A stretch of DNA of 64,000 nucleotides from an uncultured Acidimicrobiaceae bacterium (lineage in GTDB: Bacteria > Actinomycetota > Acidimicrobiia > Acidimicrobiales > RAAP-2), in the NCBI GenBank assembly GCA_963741995.1, contig CAVUKI010000003.1, positions 220,889 to 284,888 on the forward strand, written 5' to 3'. The position numbers and the translations under genes are program-made. A model generated the notes under the pieces. The model was not told where the DNA came from. It ran no database searches and saw nothing but the letters and a program-made list of their open reading frames with translations. This document shows positions 46,760 to 56,588 of this stretch, piece after piece; position 1 is the stretch's first letter, and each line of letters opens with the position of its first letter.

Positions 46760-48499
46760 TCAGTGCGCCGGCTCGGGGACCAGGTTCTCGACACGCACGG
46801 CACCTTCGGTCGTCACGGGCGCCCCCTTGCCGCCGCGTGTCCACGAGGCGGCGGCGCCCGCCAGGCACATCACGATGCCGAAAGCGAACGCGGTGTGCAG
46901 GCCGTCGCGGAACGAGTCGGCGATGAGGCTGGGGAAGAAGCGCTCGCCCGTCACAGTGCTGCGCTGGGCCGGTGTGAGCTGCGACAGCACGTGCGTGCCG
47001 ATCAGATGGCCGGCGGGGTTGTAGCCCAGGAAGGCGGCGAAGAGAGTCGAGACCGGCGGCAGGTGTGAGATCTGGACGGCCGTGGCCTCCGGGACCCCGT
47101 GGGCCGTCAGCCCGCTCACCAGCGCGCTGGGGAGATGGTCGGCCAGCCCGAGGATGATCAGGGTGAAGAAGATGCCGATGGAGAGCACCTGAGCCGAATT
47201 CTGGAACGTCGTGTTCATGCCCGACCCCGCGCCACGGTCGGCCGCCGGCAGGCTGTTCATGACGCCGGTGCGGTTCGACGAGCCGAACGACGACATGCAC
47301 AGGCCGGTGACGAACAGCAGCAACCCGAACTCGGGATACGCGAAATTGATCGGGAGCAACAGGAAGAACGAGAAGCAGACGGCCGTGCCGAGCATGCCGA
47401 AGGTAGCGAAGGGGCGCGGCCCGTAGCGGTCGGACAGAATCCCCGCCAGCGGCCCGGCGATGAGGAACCCAGACGTCAGGGGAATGAGGAAGATCCCGGC
47501 CCACAGCGGGGTCACGGCAAAGGTGTAGCCGTGCCGGGGCAGCCAGACGCCCTGCAGCCAGATGATGAGCATGAACATGAGGCCGCCCCGCCCGAGTGCA
47601 CCGAGGAAGCTGGCGAAGACGCCGGCCGAGAAGGCCCGGATCTTGAACAGTTGCAGCCGGAACATCGGCTCGTCGGTATGGACTTCAATGAAGCAGAACA
47701 GGATCAGGAAACCGACACCGACACTGAGTTCGAGCAGGACCACCGGGTTGGTCCAGCCCATCGGGTGACCCCCGTAGGGCTCGATCCCGTAGGTGATGCC
47801 GATCATGACGAGGATCAGCCCGACGGCAAAAGTGATGTTGCCGGCCCAGTCGATCTTGGCCCGCGAGCCGCTCTCGACCTCATGGAGCGAGAAGTAGCCC
47901 CACACGGTTGCGAAGAGGCCGATGGGGACCGAGACCAGGAAGATGAGGCGCCAGTTGATGGGAGCCAGCAGGCCCCCGAGGAGGAGCCCGATGAACGTCC
48001 CGCTGATGGCGGCAGCCTGGTTGATGCCGAGGGCGAAGCCGCGCCGGTCCGGTGGGAAGGCGTCGGTCAGGATGGCGGCGGAGTTCGCCATCAGCAACGC
48101 GGCACCGACCCCTTGGAAGATGCGCATCACGATCAGCCAGATGCCGGCGGCGGTCCCGGTCATCCAGGTGATGCTCAACAAGAGCGAGAAGAAGGTGAAG
48201 ACGGCGAAGCCGAGGTTGTACATGCGCACCCGGCCGTAGAGGTCGCCCAAACGGCCGAAGCTGACCACGAGCACGCTGGTGACGATGAGGAACCCCAGGA
48301 TCATCCAGAGCAAGAAGAAGGTGTTGGAGGGGAGGAGAGGATCGAGGTGGATGCCGCGGAAGATGTCCGGCAGGGCGATGAGGACGATGGAGGCGTCGAT
48401 CGTCGCCATCAACATGCCGAGGGTCGTGATGAACAGCGCAGTCCATTTGTGACGCTCGTTGACGTGGCTCAGTCCCGTGAACGCAGAAGTCGCGGTCAT
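46760..48499 (-). CDS. MFS transporter, DHA2 (14-TM, EmrB/QacA-like)
   Basis: 579-aa hydrophobic ORF with about 14 TM segments. MFS motif GRLGDLYGRVRMY between TM2 and TM3. Confidence 0.8.
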   Translation of the reverse strand: MTATSAFTGLSHVNERHKWTALFITTLGMLMATIDASIVLIALPDIFRGIHLDPLLPSNTFFLLWMILGFLIVTSVLVVSFGRLGDLYGRVRMYNLGFAVFTFFSLLLSITWMTGTAAGIWLIVMRIFQGVGAALLMANSAAILTDAFPPDRRGFALGINQAAAISGTFIGLLLGGLLAPINWRLIFLVSVPIGLFATVWGYFSLHEVESGSRAKIDWAGNITFAVGLILVMIGITYGIEPYGGHPMGWTNPVVLLELSVGVGFLILFCFIEVHTDEPMFRLQLFKIRAFSAGVFASFLGALGRGGLMFMLIIWLQGVWLPRHGYTFAVTPLWAGIFLIPLTSGFLIAGPLAGILSDRYGPRPFATFGMLGTAVCFSFFLLLPINFAYPEFGLLLFVTGLCMSSFGSSNRTGVMNSLPAADRGAGSGMNTTFQNSAQVLSIGIFFTLIILGLADHLPSALVSGLTAHGVPEATAVQISHLPPVSTLFAAFLGYNPAGHLIGTHVLSQLTPAQRSTVTGERFFPSLIADSFRDGLHTAFAFGIVMCLAGAAASWTRGGKGAPVTTEGAVRVENLVPEPAH

Positions 48500-48593
48500 G
48501 CCGGTCCCACTCGCCCGGCCCGTGGGCCCAAGTGTTCTCTGCTGTGTCGGATGCCGCCTCCTGGTGACGTTGCGGCGTGCCCGCCTGCGCTTC

Positions 48594-48643
48594 CGGAATA
48601 CTGCCTTCCGCTTATGTTAGCCTAACCGGAACACGGCATTCCG
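48594..48643. promoter_or_regulatory. two CGGAA-N7-TTCCG palindromes (48594-48610, 48627-48643), candidate operator pair
   Basis: Both lie in the 164-nt divergent region between the two MFS genes, with centres 33 bp apart. The downstream operon ends in a TetR gene. Confidence 0.35.
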
Positions 48644-48663
48644 TCTCGGGCGATCGGATCTGC

Positions 48664-50133
48664 ATGGAGAAACGACCCACCAACTACGCGCTCACGTTCG
48701 CCGTACTCGGCACGGCCGCACTTGCCTTTGCTCTCCTGCAGTCGCTGATCATCCCCGCCATCCCCCAGCTCGAGCAGACGTTGCACACGTCGGAGAGCGG
48801 GGCGAGCTGGCTGCTCACTGCGTACCTGCTGAGTGCCGCCATCGCCACACCGATCCTCGGGCGCGTGGGCGACATGCTCGGCAAGGAGAAGATCATCGTC
48901 GCCGTCCTGCTCGCCCTGACGGCGGGGTCGTTGCTCAGCGCGCTGGCGACCAGCCTGCCCGTGATGCTGGTCGGCCGGGTGATTCAAGGGACGGGTGGGG
49001 CCGTGTTCCCACTCGCCTTCGGCATCATCCGCGACGAGTTCCCCGCCGAGCGCGTGGCGGGCGCCATCGGAGTCATGTCGGCGATCCTGGGTGCGGGGGC
49101 CGGAGCCGGCATCGTGCTGGCGGGCCCGATCCTCGTGCATCTGAATTACCACTGGCTCTTCTGGATACCGATGATCATGTCGGCCATCGCGACGGTCGCC
49201 ACCTTTCTTTTCGTGTCCGAATCGCCCGTGCGGGCTCCGGGCCGCATCAACTGGCTCGGGGCGGGTTTGATGTCGGCCTGGTTGGTCACCGGTTTGCTCG
49301 CCATCTCGTACGCACCGATGTGGGGCTGGGGCAACTTGTCGGTCATCGGCCTGCTCGGGGCCACTGCGATCCTGCTCGTGGTCTGGGTGGTCGTGGAGAA
49401 CCGCTCCGCTTCGCCGCTGGTGGACATGAAGATGATGCGCATTCCCGCGGTGTGGAGCACGAACCTGGCGGCGCTGCTCTTCGGGTTCGGCATGTTCGCC
49501 ATGTTCGTCACGCTGCCCCAATTCACCGAGACGCCGACCCATGCCGGCTATGGATTCGGTGCGTCGGTCACCCAGTCGGGTCTCTACCTCGCGCCGTTTG
49601 CCGTCGCCATGGTGATCGTCGCGCCGATGACGGGGCGTCTCTCGAAGGCGGTTGGCTCCAGGCTGGTGCTGGTCGTGGGGTCGCTCATCACCGGCTCGAG
49701 CTATCTCCTTTTGCTGCTGGACCACACCCAACAGTGGTCCATCTACATCGCGACGGGACTCCTCGGCATCGGAATCGCTTTGGGCTTCGCCAGCATGGCG
49801 AATCTCATCATTGAGGCCGTGCCCGCAGAGCAGACCGGCGTGGCCACGGGGATGAATACCAACATTCGCAACATCGGTGCCGCCCTCGGGAGCGGGATCG
49901 CCACCAGCCTTGTCGTGAGCGGCTTGTCGCCCGGCGGATTTCCCAAGGAGCATGGCTACCTGCTGGCATTCGCGGTCAGCGGTTTGGCGCTGGTCGTCGC
50001 CGCGCTCGCCGCGCTCGCCATCCCGAAGCGGACCATGCCCTCCATCGTCGAGCGTGAGTCGCACCCCGCTCTCACGGCGGAGGCGGAGGTCGTCGTCGGC
50101 GCCATCGCCTTCGGTCCCGAGGACCTCGCGTGA
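48664..50133 (+). CDS. MFS transporter, DHA2 family
   Basis: 489 aa from the in-frame ATG. MFS motif GRVGDMLGKEK and about 14 TM segments. Confidence 0.8.
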   Translation: MEKRPTNYALTFAVLGTAALAFALLQSLIIPAIPQLEQTLHTSESGASWLLTAYLLSAAIATPILGRVGDMLGKEKIIVAVLLALTAGSLLSALATSLPVMLVGRVIQGTGGAVFPLAFGIIRDEFPAERVAGAIGVMSAILGAGAGAGIVLAGPILVHLNYHWLFWIPMIMSAIATVATFLFVSESPVRAPGRINWLGAGLMSAWLVTGLLAISYAPMWGWGNLSVIGLLGATAILLVVWVVVENRSASPLVDMKMMRIPAVWSTNLAALLFGFGMFAMFVTLPQFTETPTHAGYGFGASVTQSGLYLAPFAVAMVIVAPMTGRLSKAVGSRLVLVVGSLITGSSYLLLLLDHTQQWSIYIATGLLGIGIALGFASMANLIIEAVPAEQTGVATGMNTNIRNIGAALGSGIATSLVVSGLSPGGFPKEHGYLLAFAVSGLALVVAALAALAIPKRTMPSIVERESHPALTAEAEVVVGAIAFGPEDLA

Positions 50134-50168
50134 CAAGGAGCTCCGCATCTCATTCTGGTGAAGCGACG

Positions 50169-50780
50169 ATGGAGCAGCGGCCGCTGCGCCGGGACGCCGA
50201 GGTCAACCTGAGCCGCATTCTGGTCGCTGCCCGCGACGTCTTCGCCGAAGAGGGCTACGACGCCTCCATGGAGGGCATCGCCGCGCGGGCCGACGTCGGC
50301 GTCGGCACGCTCTACCGCCGGTTCCCGAACAAGGCCGACCTGCTCAACGCCGTGGTGGAGGCGGCGCATGTGCGCAAGCGGCAGATCGCCGAGGCGGTCC
50401 TCAGCGACGTGGCCCCCGAAGACGGGGTCTTCGAATTCGTGCGGCGATGCATCGCGGTCCCCAGCTGCTGGCGGGCCACCATTTCGGCCCCGCCCTGGCG
50501 GACGACCGGGACCGGACTCGGCCAGACGGCGCCTCTGCTCGAAGAGATCCTCCGGCGGAGCCAGCGTGCGGGGTCGGTCCGTCCCGACATCGAGGTGGCT
50601 GACATCGTCGTGGTCCTCATGGCGGTGCGCTCGATCACCGACGTGTGCGACACGAAATCCTCCAAGCCGTCACTGCGCTTCCTCGAGCTCTTGCTCGACG
50701 GCCTTCGCCCCGGGCACGAGTCGCCGGCGCACGACCCGCTCACCGTCGCCCAACTCGACCGCATTCTGCGCCGGCGCTGA
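50169..50780 (+). CDS. TetR-family transcriptional regulator
   Basis: HTH GYDASMEGIAARADVGVGTLYRRFPNK. Sits directly downstream of the MFS gene. An alternative GTG start at 50130 would overlap the MFS stop. Confidence 0.8.
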   Translation: MEQRPLRRDAEVNLSRILVAARDVFAEEGYDASMEGIAARADVGVGTLYRRFPNKADLLNAVVEAAHVRKRQIAEAVLSDVAPEDGVFEFVRRCIAVPSCWRATISAPPWRTTGTGLGQTAPLLEEILRRSQRAGSVRPDIEVADIVVVLMAVRSITDVCDTKSSKPSLRFLELLLDGLRPGHESPAHDPLTVAQLDRILRRR

Positions 50781-50814
50781 GGGTGTGACCCGGCACCGGG
50801 CTCTCGTGCCGCGC

Positions 50815-51279
50815 TCAGCCGAACGAATCGAGGGCGAGCAACACCTCGGTCAGCTCATGCCGGAGTCGTTCGGGTGGCGCGGACCGGTAGAGCGGTCCCG
50901 TCCCGTCGGCCAGGAGCGCGCGGAGTCTGGCCACCCCCTGCACGCCGACGGGTCCTGACGCGGTCAGGCGACCGGCCAGCGCCGCCAGCTCGGCTCGGGC
51001 CTGCTGCACGGAGGGACGGCAGACCGGCGTCTTGAGGCGACGCCCGACCGGCGCATCCGACACCGCCACGACCCTCGCCAGGCTGCGGGCCAGCCCGCGC
51101 CGCTCTGCCGGTCCGCACAGGCGCCCGGCGTGGATGGCCAGGGGGACGCTCGATTCGGGCGACGCCCCGGCGGCCAACTGGTGGTCCAGGGCGGATGCCC
51201 TGGCTCGGACCAGAAGCCGATCCGACCAGCGCACGCGCCGCAGGCCGAGACCGGCGCCCTCTTCGAGGACCACGATCAT
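50815..51279 (-). CDS. hypothetical protein
   Basis: 154-aa ORF with no recognisable motif. Its coding status is supported only by length and by the lack of a competing annotated gene. Confidence 0.35.
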   Translation of the reverse strand: MIVVLEEGAGLGLRRVRWSDRLLVRARASALDHQLAAGASPESSVPLAIHAGRLCGPAERRGLARSLARVVAVSDAPVGRRLKTPVCRPSVQQARAELAALAGRLTASGPVGVQGVARLRALLADGTGPLYRSAPPERLRHELTEVLLALDSFG

Positions 51280-51384
51280 CGACGGAACTCCGGATCTCTG
51301 TGCGTGACCATCAAACTCATTATGCTCGTCACTACAAGACCGGTCAAGTGAGTTTAGGGGTCACTTCGTTGCTAGGATCGAAGG

Positions 51385-51981
51385 GTGGTTGCGCCGAGCT
51401 GGGTCCCCGCGGACGAGACAAAACCTGCCCCCATGCCGCTCCTGGTCGTGCAGTCCTTCGTGAACACCTGGGAGGCCGATTCCGGGGTGGACCTGCTCGC
51501 CGATCCGGACACAGGGCAGCGTTGGCTCCGGGAGGCTGGGTTGCTCCGCGCGCCCGGCGTCGACCTGGCCCAGGTGCGCGACATCAGGGAGAGCATCCGT
51601 GCCCTGCTGGTCGCCAACAGTGGCGCAGGGGATCTGGACCCGCTGCGCCTGCGCCTGCTCCGCGCGCTCGCCCACCGCGCCCGCCTGCGGCTGGCCTTGC
51701 GTGACGACGGCCAGCTGGACCTGCAGCCCGACGAGGACGACGGGTTGTCCCGCATGGCCGCCACGCTCCTGCTCATCATTCGCGACGCGCAGCGTGACGG
51801 TTCCTGGGCGCGGTTGAAGGCGTGCCGGAATCCGGATTGCCACTGGGCGTACTACGACCGTTCGCATGCGGGCCGCGGGGCGTGGTGTGACATGGCGGTG
51901 TGTGGCAACCGGATCAAGAACCGCAATCTGCGTACGCGACGGTCGGGTGTCGGCGGCGCGGCATCGAGCACGGTGAGCTGA
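51385..51981 (+). CDS. CGNR zinc-finger (ABATE-domain) protein
   Basis: C-terminus CRNPDCHWAYYDRSHAGRGAWCDMAVCGNRIKNR carries the CGNR motif. Start is uncertain (GTG 51385 or ATG 51433). Confidence 0.75.
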   Translation: MVAPSWVPADETKPAPMPLLVVQSFVNTWEADSGVDLLADPDTGQRWLREAGLLRAPGVDLAQVRDIRESIRALLVANSGAGDLDPLRLRLLRALAHRARLRLALRDDGQLDLQPDEDDGLSRMAATLLLIIRDAQRDGSWARLKACRNPDCHWAYYDRSHAGRGAWCDMAVCGNRIKNRNLRTRRSGVGGAASSTVS

Positions 51982-51986
51982 GGAGC

Positions 51987-52762
51987 GTGCCCGCCACCGT
52001 CCGGACCGGCGTCGACGACAAGGTGGGCACGATCGCGCTCGACAACCTGGCGAAGCGGAACGCGCTGGGCGCCCCCACCGTGCGAGAGATGCTTGACGCA
52101 CTCCGCGCGTTCGAGGACGCTGGGGTGCGTGCTGTCGTGCTGAGGACCGCCGAGCCGAGGCGGTCTGGTCCGCCGGCCATGACATCGACGAGCTGCCCGT
52201 CCGCGGTGTCGATCCACTTCCGTTCAGCGACCCTCTCGAAGAGCTGGTGCGCGCCGTGCGCGGCTATCCCGGAGCGGTGATCGCCATGGTGCATGGGACG
52301 GTCTGGGGTGGTGCGTGTGACCTGGTGCTGAACTGCGACATGGTTGTGGCGGACGAGACCGCCGCCTTCGCGGTGACCCCCGCCCGGCTGGGCCTGCCCT
52401 ACTCAACGTCAGGGATCCAGTACTTCCTCGCCCGACTCCCGCTGAACGTGGTGAACGAGCTCATCATGACGGCGGATCTCATTGCGGCCGAGCGGGCCTA
52501 CGCGGTGGGGATCCTGAATCGTCTGGTGCCCGGCGAAGAGCTCGAGCAGTGCGCCGTGCAGTTGGCGCGCGACGTCCGGAGCCGCTCGGGCGAGGCCATC
52601 CGGGCCTACATGCTGCAAGCCACGACCTTCGTACGCGCCGTCGCCCTGTCGGCCCAGGACTCCCAATGGATCAACCAGCTGCGCCACGATGTGTACTCGG
52701 GTGAAGACTACGCGGAGGGCATCGCGGCCTTTCGGGAGAAGCGGCCGCCCAACTTCGCGTAG
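51987..52762 (+). pseudogene. enoyl-CoA hydratase/isomerase (crotonase) family protein, frameshift near 52155-52162
   Basis: Frame 1 reads VGTIALDNLAKRNAL..VRAVVLRTAEP. Frame 2 continues VWSAGHDIDEL..MVHGTVWGGACDLVL..AAFREKRPPNF, giving a full crotonase fold only if the two are joined. Confidence 0.6.
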
Positions 52763-52775
52763 GCGGCTGGCGCAA

Positions 52776-53153
52776 TTAGCGGACGAGCGCGGCAGCACCG
52801 AGACCGAGCGGAGCAAGGATCCAGCCCCAGCGGGCCGCGGCGATGACCACGTCGGAGCGATAGCCGTAAAGAACCGAGAGCTGAATGGGCTGAAAGGACG
52901 GCGCGCTCAGCGCGGTGAGGACGGCAACCACGGCGAGCGCCGTCGACCCGGCGAGCGAGGCCGCGGTGGCGAGGGGCCCGAGCAACTGGCCGACGGAGGT
53001 CAGCCGCCAGGCCGCCACCAGCGACAGCGTGGCCGACGTGGCCAGGATCTGGATGCGCAGGAAGACGGGCCACGCCCGCTGCACCACGGGGCTGCCGCGA
53101 GCCGAATTCCAGCCGACGAGCCCACCCACGATGAACAACACGAGGGTGAGCAC
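52776..53153 (-). CDS. hypothetical membrane protein (about 4 TM)
   Basis: 125-aa hydrophobic ORF. No family recognised. Confidence 0.4.
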   Translation of the reverse strand: MLTLVLFIVGGLVGWNSARGSPVVQRAWPVFLRIQILATSATLSLVAAWRLTSVGQLLGPLATAASLAGSTALAVVAVLTALSAPSFQPIQLSVLYGYRSDVVIAAARWGWILAPLGLGAAALVR

Positions 53154-53227
53154 ACCCTGATTGTGACCGCTGCCGGACCCCCGCCCGACCCAGTTGACGC
53201 GAGGCGGGGAACGGATAAGGTGCGTCG

Positions 53228-53887
53228 ATGCACACGCAACCGATGCACGAAGTGCTGGCGGAGGCGATTGTCGGGCGTCACTTGCTTACGCACCCTTTTT
53301 ACCGTCGCTGGGAAGCCGGCACCCTCATCGAGGGCGAGTTGGCCGCCTACGCGGAGCAGTACCGTCACATTGAGCGGGAACTCCCGGTGACATTGGCGGC
53401 CATCGCCGACGCCCTGCCGGCCGGGCGTGCCCGCGAGCTCGTGGAGGCGAACCTGGCCGACGAGCTCAGCTCGCCCGAGCCCCACGCGCAGCTCTTCGAG
53501 ACTTTTGCGCAAGCGAGCGGCGCGGCACCGGACGCGCCCGCCACGCCCACGACGGCAGCGTTGCTGGCCGTCGTGCGCACCACGGCCGCCAACGACCCCG
53601 TGGCCGCGTTGGCCATGATCGCCGCCTACGAGGTCCAGGCCGCCGACATCGCGGGGTCCAAGGGCGACGGGCTGCGTCGCCACTACGGCTTCGACGAGGA
53701 GGGCACCCGCTTCTGGGACGTGCATCGCACCCAGGAAGTGGATCACGCGGGCTGGTCGATGGAGGCCCTGACGGCGCTGGAGGCCGACCTCGACGTGGTG
53801 CAGGCGGCCGCGACGGTTTCGGCCGACTCGTGGTGGCTGTTCCTCAGCGAGCGTGAAGAGCTGGCGCCTGTCGGCGCACCCTGTTGA
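53228..53887 (+). CDS. TenA/PqqC/CADD-like haem-oxygenase-fold protein
   Basis: 219 aa. HPFYRRWEAGTL..YAEQY..E..H pattern is typical of this helical di-iron/TenA-like family. Confidence 0.55.
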   Translation: MHTQPMHEVLAEAIVGRHLLTHPFYRRWEAGTLIEGELAAYAEQYRHIERELPVTLAAIADALPAGRARELVEANLADELSSPEPHAQLFETFAQASGAAPDAPATPTTAALLAVVRTTAANDPVAALAMIAAYEVQAADIAGSKGDGLRRHYGFDEEGTRFWDVHRTQEVDHAGWSMEALTALEADLDVVQAAATVSADSWWLFLSEREELAPVGAPC

Positions 53888-53893
53888 CGCTGT

Positions 53894-55222
53894 TCAGCTG
53901 AGGGTCCCGCAGCGGGCCGCCGCCTCGGCAAAGGCCGCCGAGCGCTCCCGATAGTCGCCGAAGCGCCCGAAACTCGGTGCGGCCGGCGACAGGAGCACGA
54001 CGCCACCGGGCGGGGCCCATCCGAACGCGGCCTCGACCGCGGCATCCAGGTCGGCTGCGTCGCGCACCGCGACCTGCCCGTCGGTGGCGTCGCGGACCGC
54101 CTGCCCAATGCGCCGCCCGTTGTCCGGCATGGTGACGACGAGCGTGGGCGCGGTGCGCGCGGCAATCGTCCGCCCGAGCGGCGCGTAGTCGAGCCCGCGA
54201 TCGTGCCCGCCGACGAGCAGTGCAACAGGGCGCTCGGCGAAGGCCTGGAGCGCGGCCTGGGCCGGTAGCACGTTGGTCGACAGGCCGTCGTCCACGAACT
54301 CGACCGCTCCGACCGAGCCGAGGGAACGACAGCGACTGGGCAGTCCGTCGAAGCCGGCGGCGGCGGCGGCCAGCCGCTCCTCGTCGGACGCGGCGGGGAT
54401 GCCGAGGCCCTGGAGCACCGCGCGCGCCATGGAGGCGTTCCGCGCGTTGTGCGGCCCGGTCAGGCCGAGTGACGCGGACCAATGGAGGTCGCGCGCCACT
54501 TCGGCGTCACCCACCCAGCGGAGGTGCGGGCCGAGCAGCCCGGCGTTTGTGCGTAGCTGTTGGTCGGCACCGTCGGCCAGGGCCAGCTCGACCCCAGGCT
54601 TCGTGCTGAGCGACAACTTGTCGGCGTAGTAGCGCGCGACCGTCCCGTGCCAGTCGAGGTGGTCCGGCGACAACGAGGTGACGGCGATCACCGAGGGGCC
54701 GCACTCCAGGTCGGGCACCTGGAAGCTCGACGTCTCGATGATCCAGTAGTCCGGCGCGGGATCGCCGGAGGGATCCCAGGGCGGCAGCCCGATGTTCCCG
54801 CCCGCCCGGGCGGCGACGCCGAGCCCGCTGAGCAGGTGCACGGCCAACGCGGTCGTCGTGCTCTTCCCCTTCGTTCCCGTGATGCAGGCGACGCGGGTCG
54901 GATCGGCCTCGGCCATGAACAAGCCGAGGCCGCCGCAGATCGCCACACCCGCCTCTTCGAGTTTGGTCACGTCGGGTCGGTACCGGCTGATGCCCGGGCT
55001 CTTCACGACGACGTCGCAGCGACCGAGCGCGTCGAGGCCCCCGGTGTCCGTCGCCAGGACCTCGAGCCCGTCGAGCGCGGTCGCGGTGGGCGCATCGTCG
55101 ACCAGCACCGGGTCGCGGCCCATGGACCGGAGCCGTCGGATGCTGGCCTGTCCCTCGACGCCGAGTCCCCAGACGCCGACGGACGCGTCAGCGAGCGCGG
55201 ACCAGGAGATCGGGTGGCGCAT
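53894..55222 (-). CDS. Mur ligase, MurD-like (possible MurD2-type UDP-MurNAc-L-Ala:glutamate ligase)
   Basis: 442 aa. N-terminal GLGVEG Rossmann-type motif and ATP site GTKGKSTT. Located outside any dcw cluster and linked to 55188..56522. Confidence 0.75.
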   Translation of the reverse strand: MRHPISWSALADASVGVWGLGVEGQASIRRLRSMGRDPVLVDDAPTATALDGLEVLATDTGGLDALGRCDVVVKSPGISRYRPDVTKLEEAGVAICGGLGLFMAEADPTRVACITGTKGKSTTTALAVHLLSGLGVAARAGGNIGLPPWDPSGDPAPDYWIIETSSFQVPDLECGPSVIAVTSLSPDHLDWHGTVARYYADKLSLSTKPGVELALADGADQQLRTNAGLLGPHLRWVGDAEVARDLHWSASLGLTGPHNARNASMARAVLQGLGIPAASDEERLAAAAAGFDGLPSRCRSLGSVGAVEFVDDGLSTNVLPAQAALQAFAERPVALLVGGHDRGLDYAPLGRTIAARTAPTLVVTMPDNGRRIGQAVRDATDGQVAVRDAADLDAAVEAAFGWAPPGGVVLLSPAAPSFGRFGDYRERSAAFAEAAARCGTLS

Positions 55223-56522
55223 AGCGATCGGGAATGCGGTGGGTGCCGCGTGGCCGGAGGAGGGCAGAGGGGTCGGTGGGCGCCGCGTCGCCCAGCTCGG
55301 CGCGCAGGCGCGCCAAGGGCGTGGAGCCGGCGCGGTCCTCCCGCTGCGCCGTCAGCACCAGAGCGGCTCGGCATTCGTCCATGTCCCCGACACATTCGAA
55401 CGGCTTGACGCCGTGGCCCAGACCGAGCAGCGTCCGGAGCGGCTCCTCGTTGGCGGGATTCTGCAGGGGTTCGTCGCCGGCGAACACGGCTTCGAGGTCG
55501 CGGCGCGCCATGAACGGAGCGAGGACGAGGTCGACGAAGCAGCATTTGTCGCAGCGACCGCACCAGTGGTCGAGCCGCTGCGCGGGGTCCTGGTGGAAGG
55601 CGCGATTGCAGCTCCGAAAGGTGCGGTGGTAGTGCGTCAGCCCCGCGAACTGTTCTGCGACCCACAGCTCGGTGCGCGGGCGGAGGTAGGAGAACACCGA
55701 CAGGCGCGGCCCGAATGTCGACAGGACGAGGTCGCCGAACGCCCGCTCGAACGTCTCGCTCTTCGACCACTGGTGGTTCACGGCGACCCCGTCCGTCACC
55801 AGGGTCGGGACCGAGGCCGACCACTCGTTGGACAGCACGACGGCGTCGCGGCGTTCGAGGACGGCCGCCACGAGGGCAGCGGCGCCGATGACGGCCGTGA
55901 CGGGCACGTGCCCGTTGAGGAACCCGAGCTCGGCCGAGCGGCGCACGAGGGGGTCGATGGTGCGCTCGATGCGCGTCACAGGCAGCCCGGTGACGGCGGC
56001 GGCGTCCTCAATGGCGGCGAAGCGGCTGCCGGGTGGTTCGACGACGCACAGCGCCGCGTCGGGATGGTCCGCGGCCAGCGCGGCCACCGTCACGATGGAA
56101 TCGATGCCGCCGCCGAACGGGATCAGCGGCCGGCCGGGTTCGGGCGCGAACGCGACCGGCTGGACGCCGCGCGCGTCGGGACCCTCCACGCGTAGCTCGC
56201 GCAGATCAATGTCGTTGCGGTAGGCGAACTCACCCAGGCCGTTGCGGTAGAAGCTGTGGAGAAAGTCCCGCTCCGTCGCCGTCGTCAGCAGCTCGCCCAG
56301 ATCGATCAGGGGTGCGGCCGAGGTCTTGTAGTACGAGACGCCCGCCAGCAGGTAGAGGATGCGCACGGCAGCCAGGGTCGCCGGGTCGTCCCACTCGCCG
56401 CCGCTCCCGAAGGCGAAGCGCTCTGTGAAGGCGTGGTCACGCGTGGTGTAACGGCAGACGACGACTGAGTCCGCCCTGTCGATGGCGAAACCGTCGTAGC
56501 GGAACCGGTCAGGTGGTGGCAT
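55188..56522 (-). CDS. PP-loop-like ATP-utilising protein, candidate MurL-type UDP-MurNAc-L-Ala-L-Glu epimerase
   Basis: About 444 aa from ATG 56522. PFGGGIDS (SGGxDS-like) motif and Cys cluster CGRCDKCC. Overlaps the MurD-like gene start. Confidence 0.5.
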   Translation of the reverse strand: MPPPDRFRYDGFAIDRADSVVVCRYTTRDHAFTERFAFGSGGEWDDPATLAAVRILYLLAGVSYYKTSAAPLIDLGELLTTATERDFLHSFYRNGLGEFAYRNDIDLRELRVEGPDARGVQPVAFAPEPGRPLIPFGGGIDSIVTVAALAADHPDAALCVVEPPGSRFAAIEDAAAVTGLPVTRIERTIDPLVRRSAELGFLNGHVPVTAVIGAAALVAAVLERRDAVVLSNEWSASVPTLVTDGVAVNHQWSKSETFERAFGDLVLSTFGPRLSVFSYLRPRTELWVAEQFAGLTHYHRTFRSCNRAFHQDPAQRLDHWCGRCDKCCFVDLVLAPFMARRDLEAVFAGDEPLQNPANEEPLRTLLGLGHGVKPFECVGDMDECRAALVLTAQREDRAGSTPLARLRAELGDAAPTDPSALLRPRGTHRIPDRYAPPDLLVRAR

Positions 56523-56588
56523 GCAGGTGGGGTGGCCCGGCGATCCGAGCCACCCCAATGCTACGGCGCAGCCGCCCCCCGACCTGCC

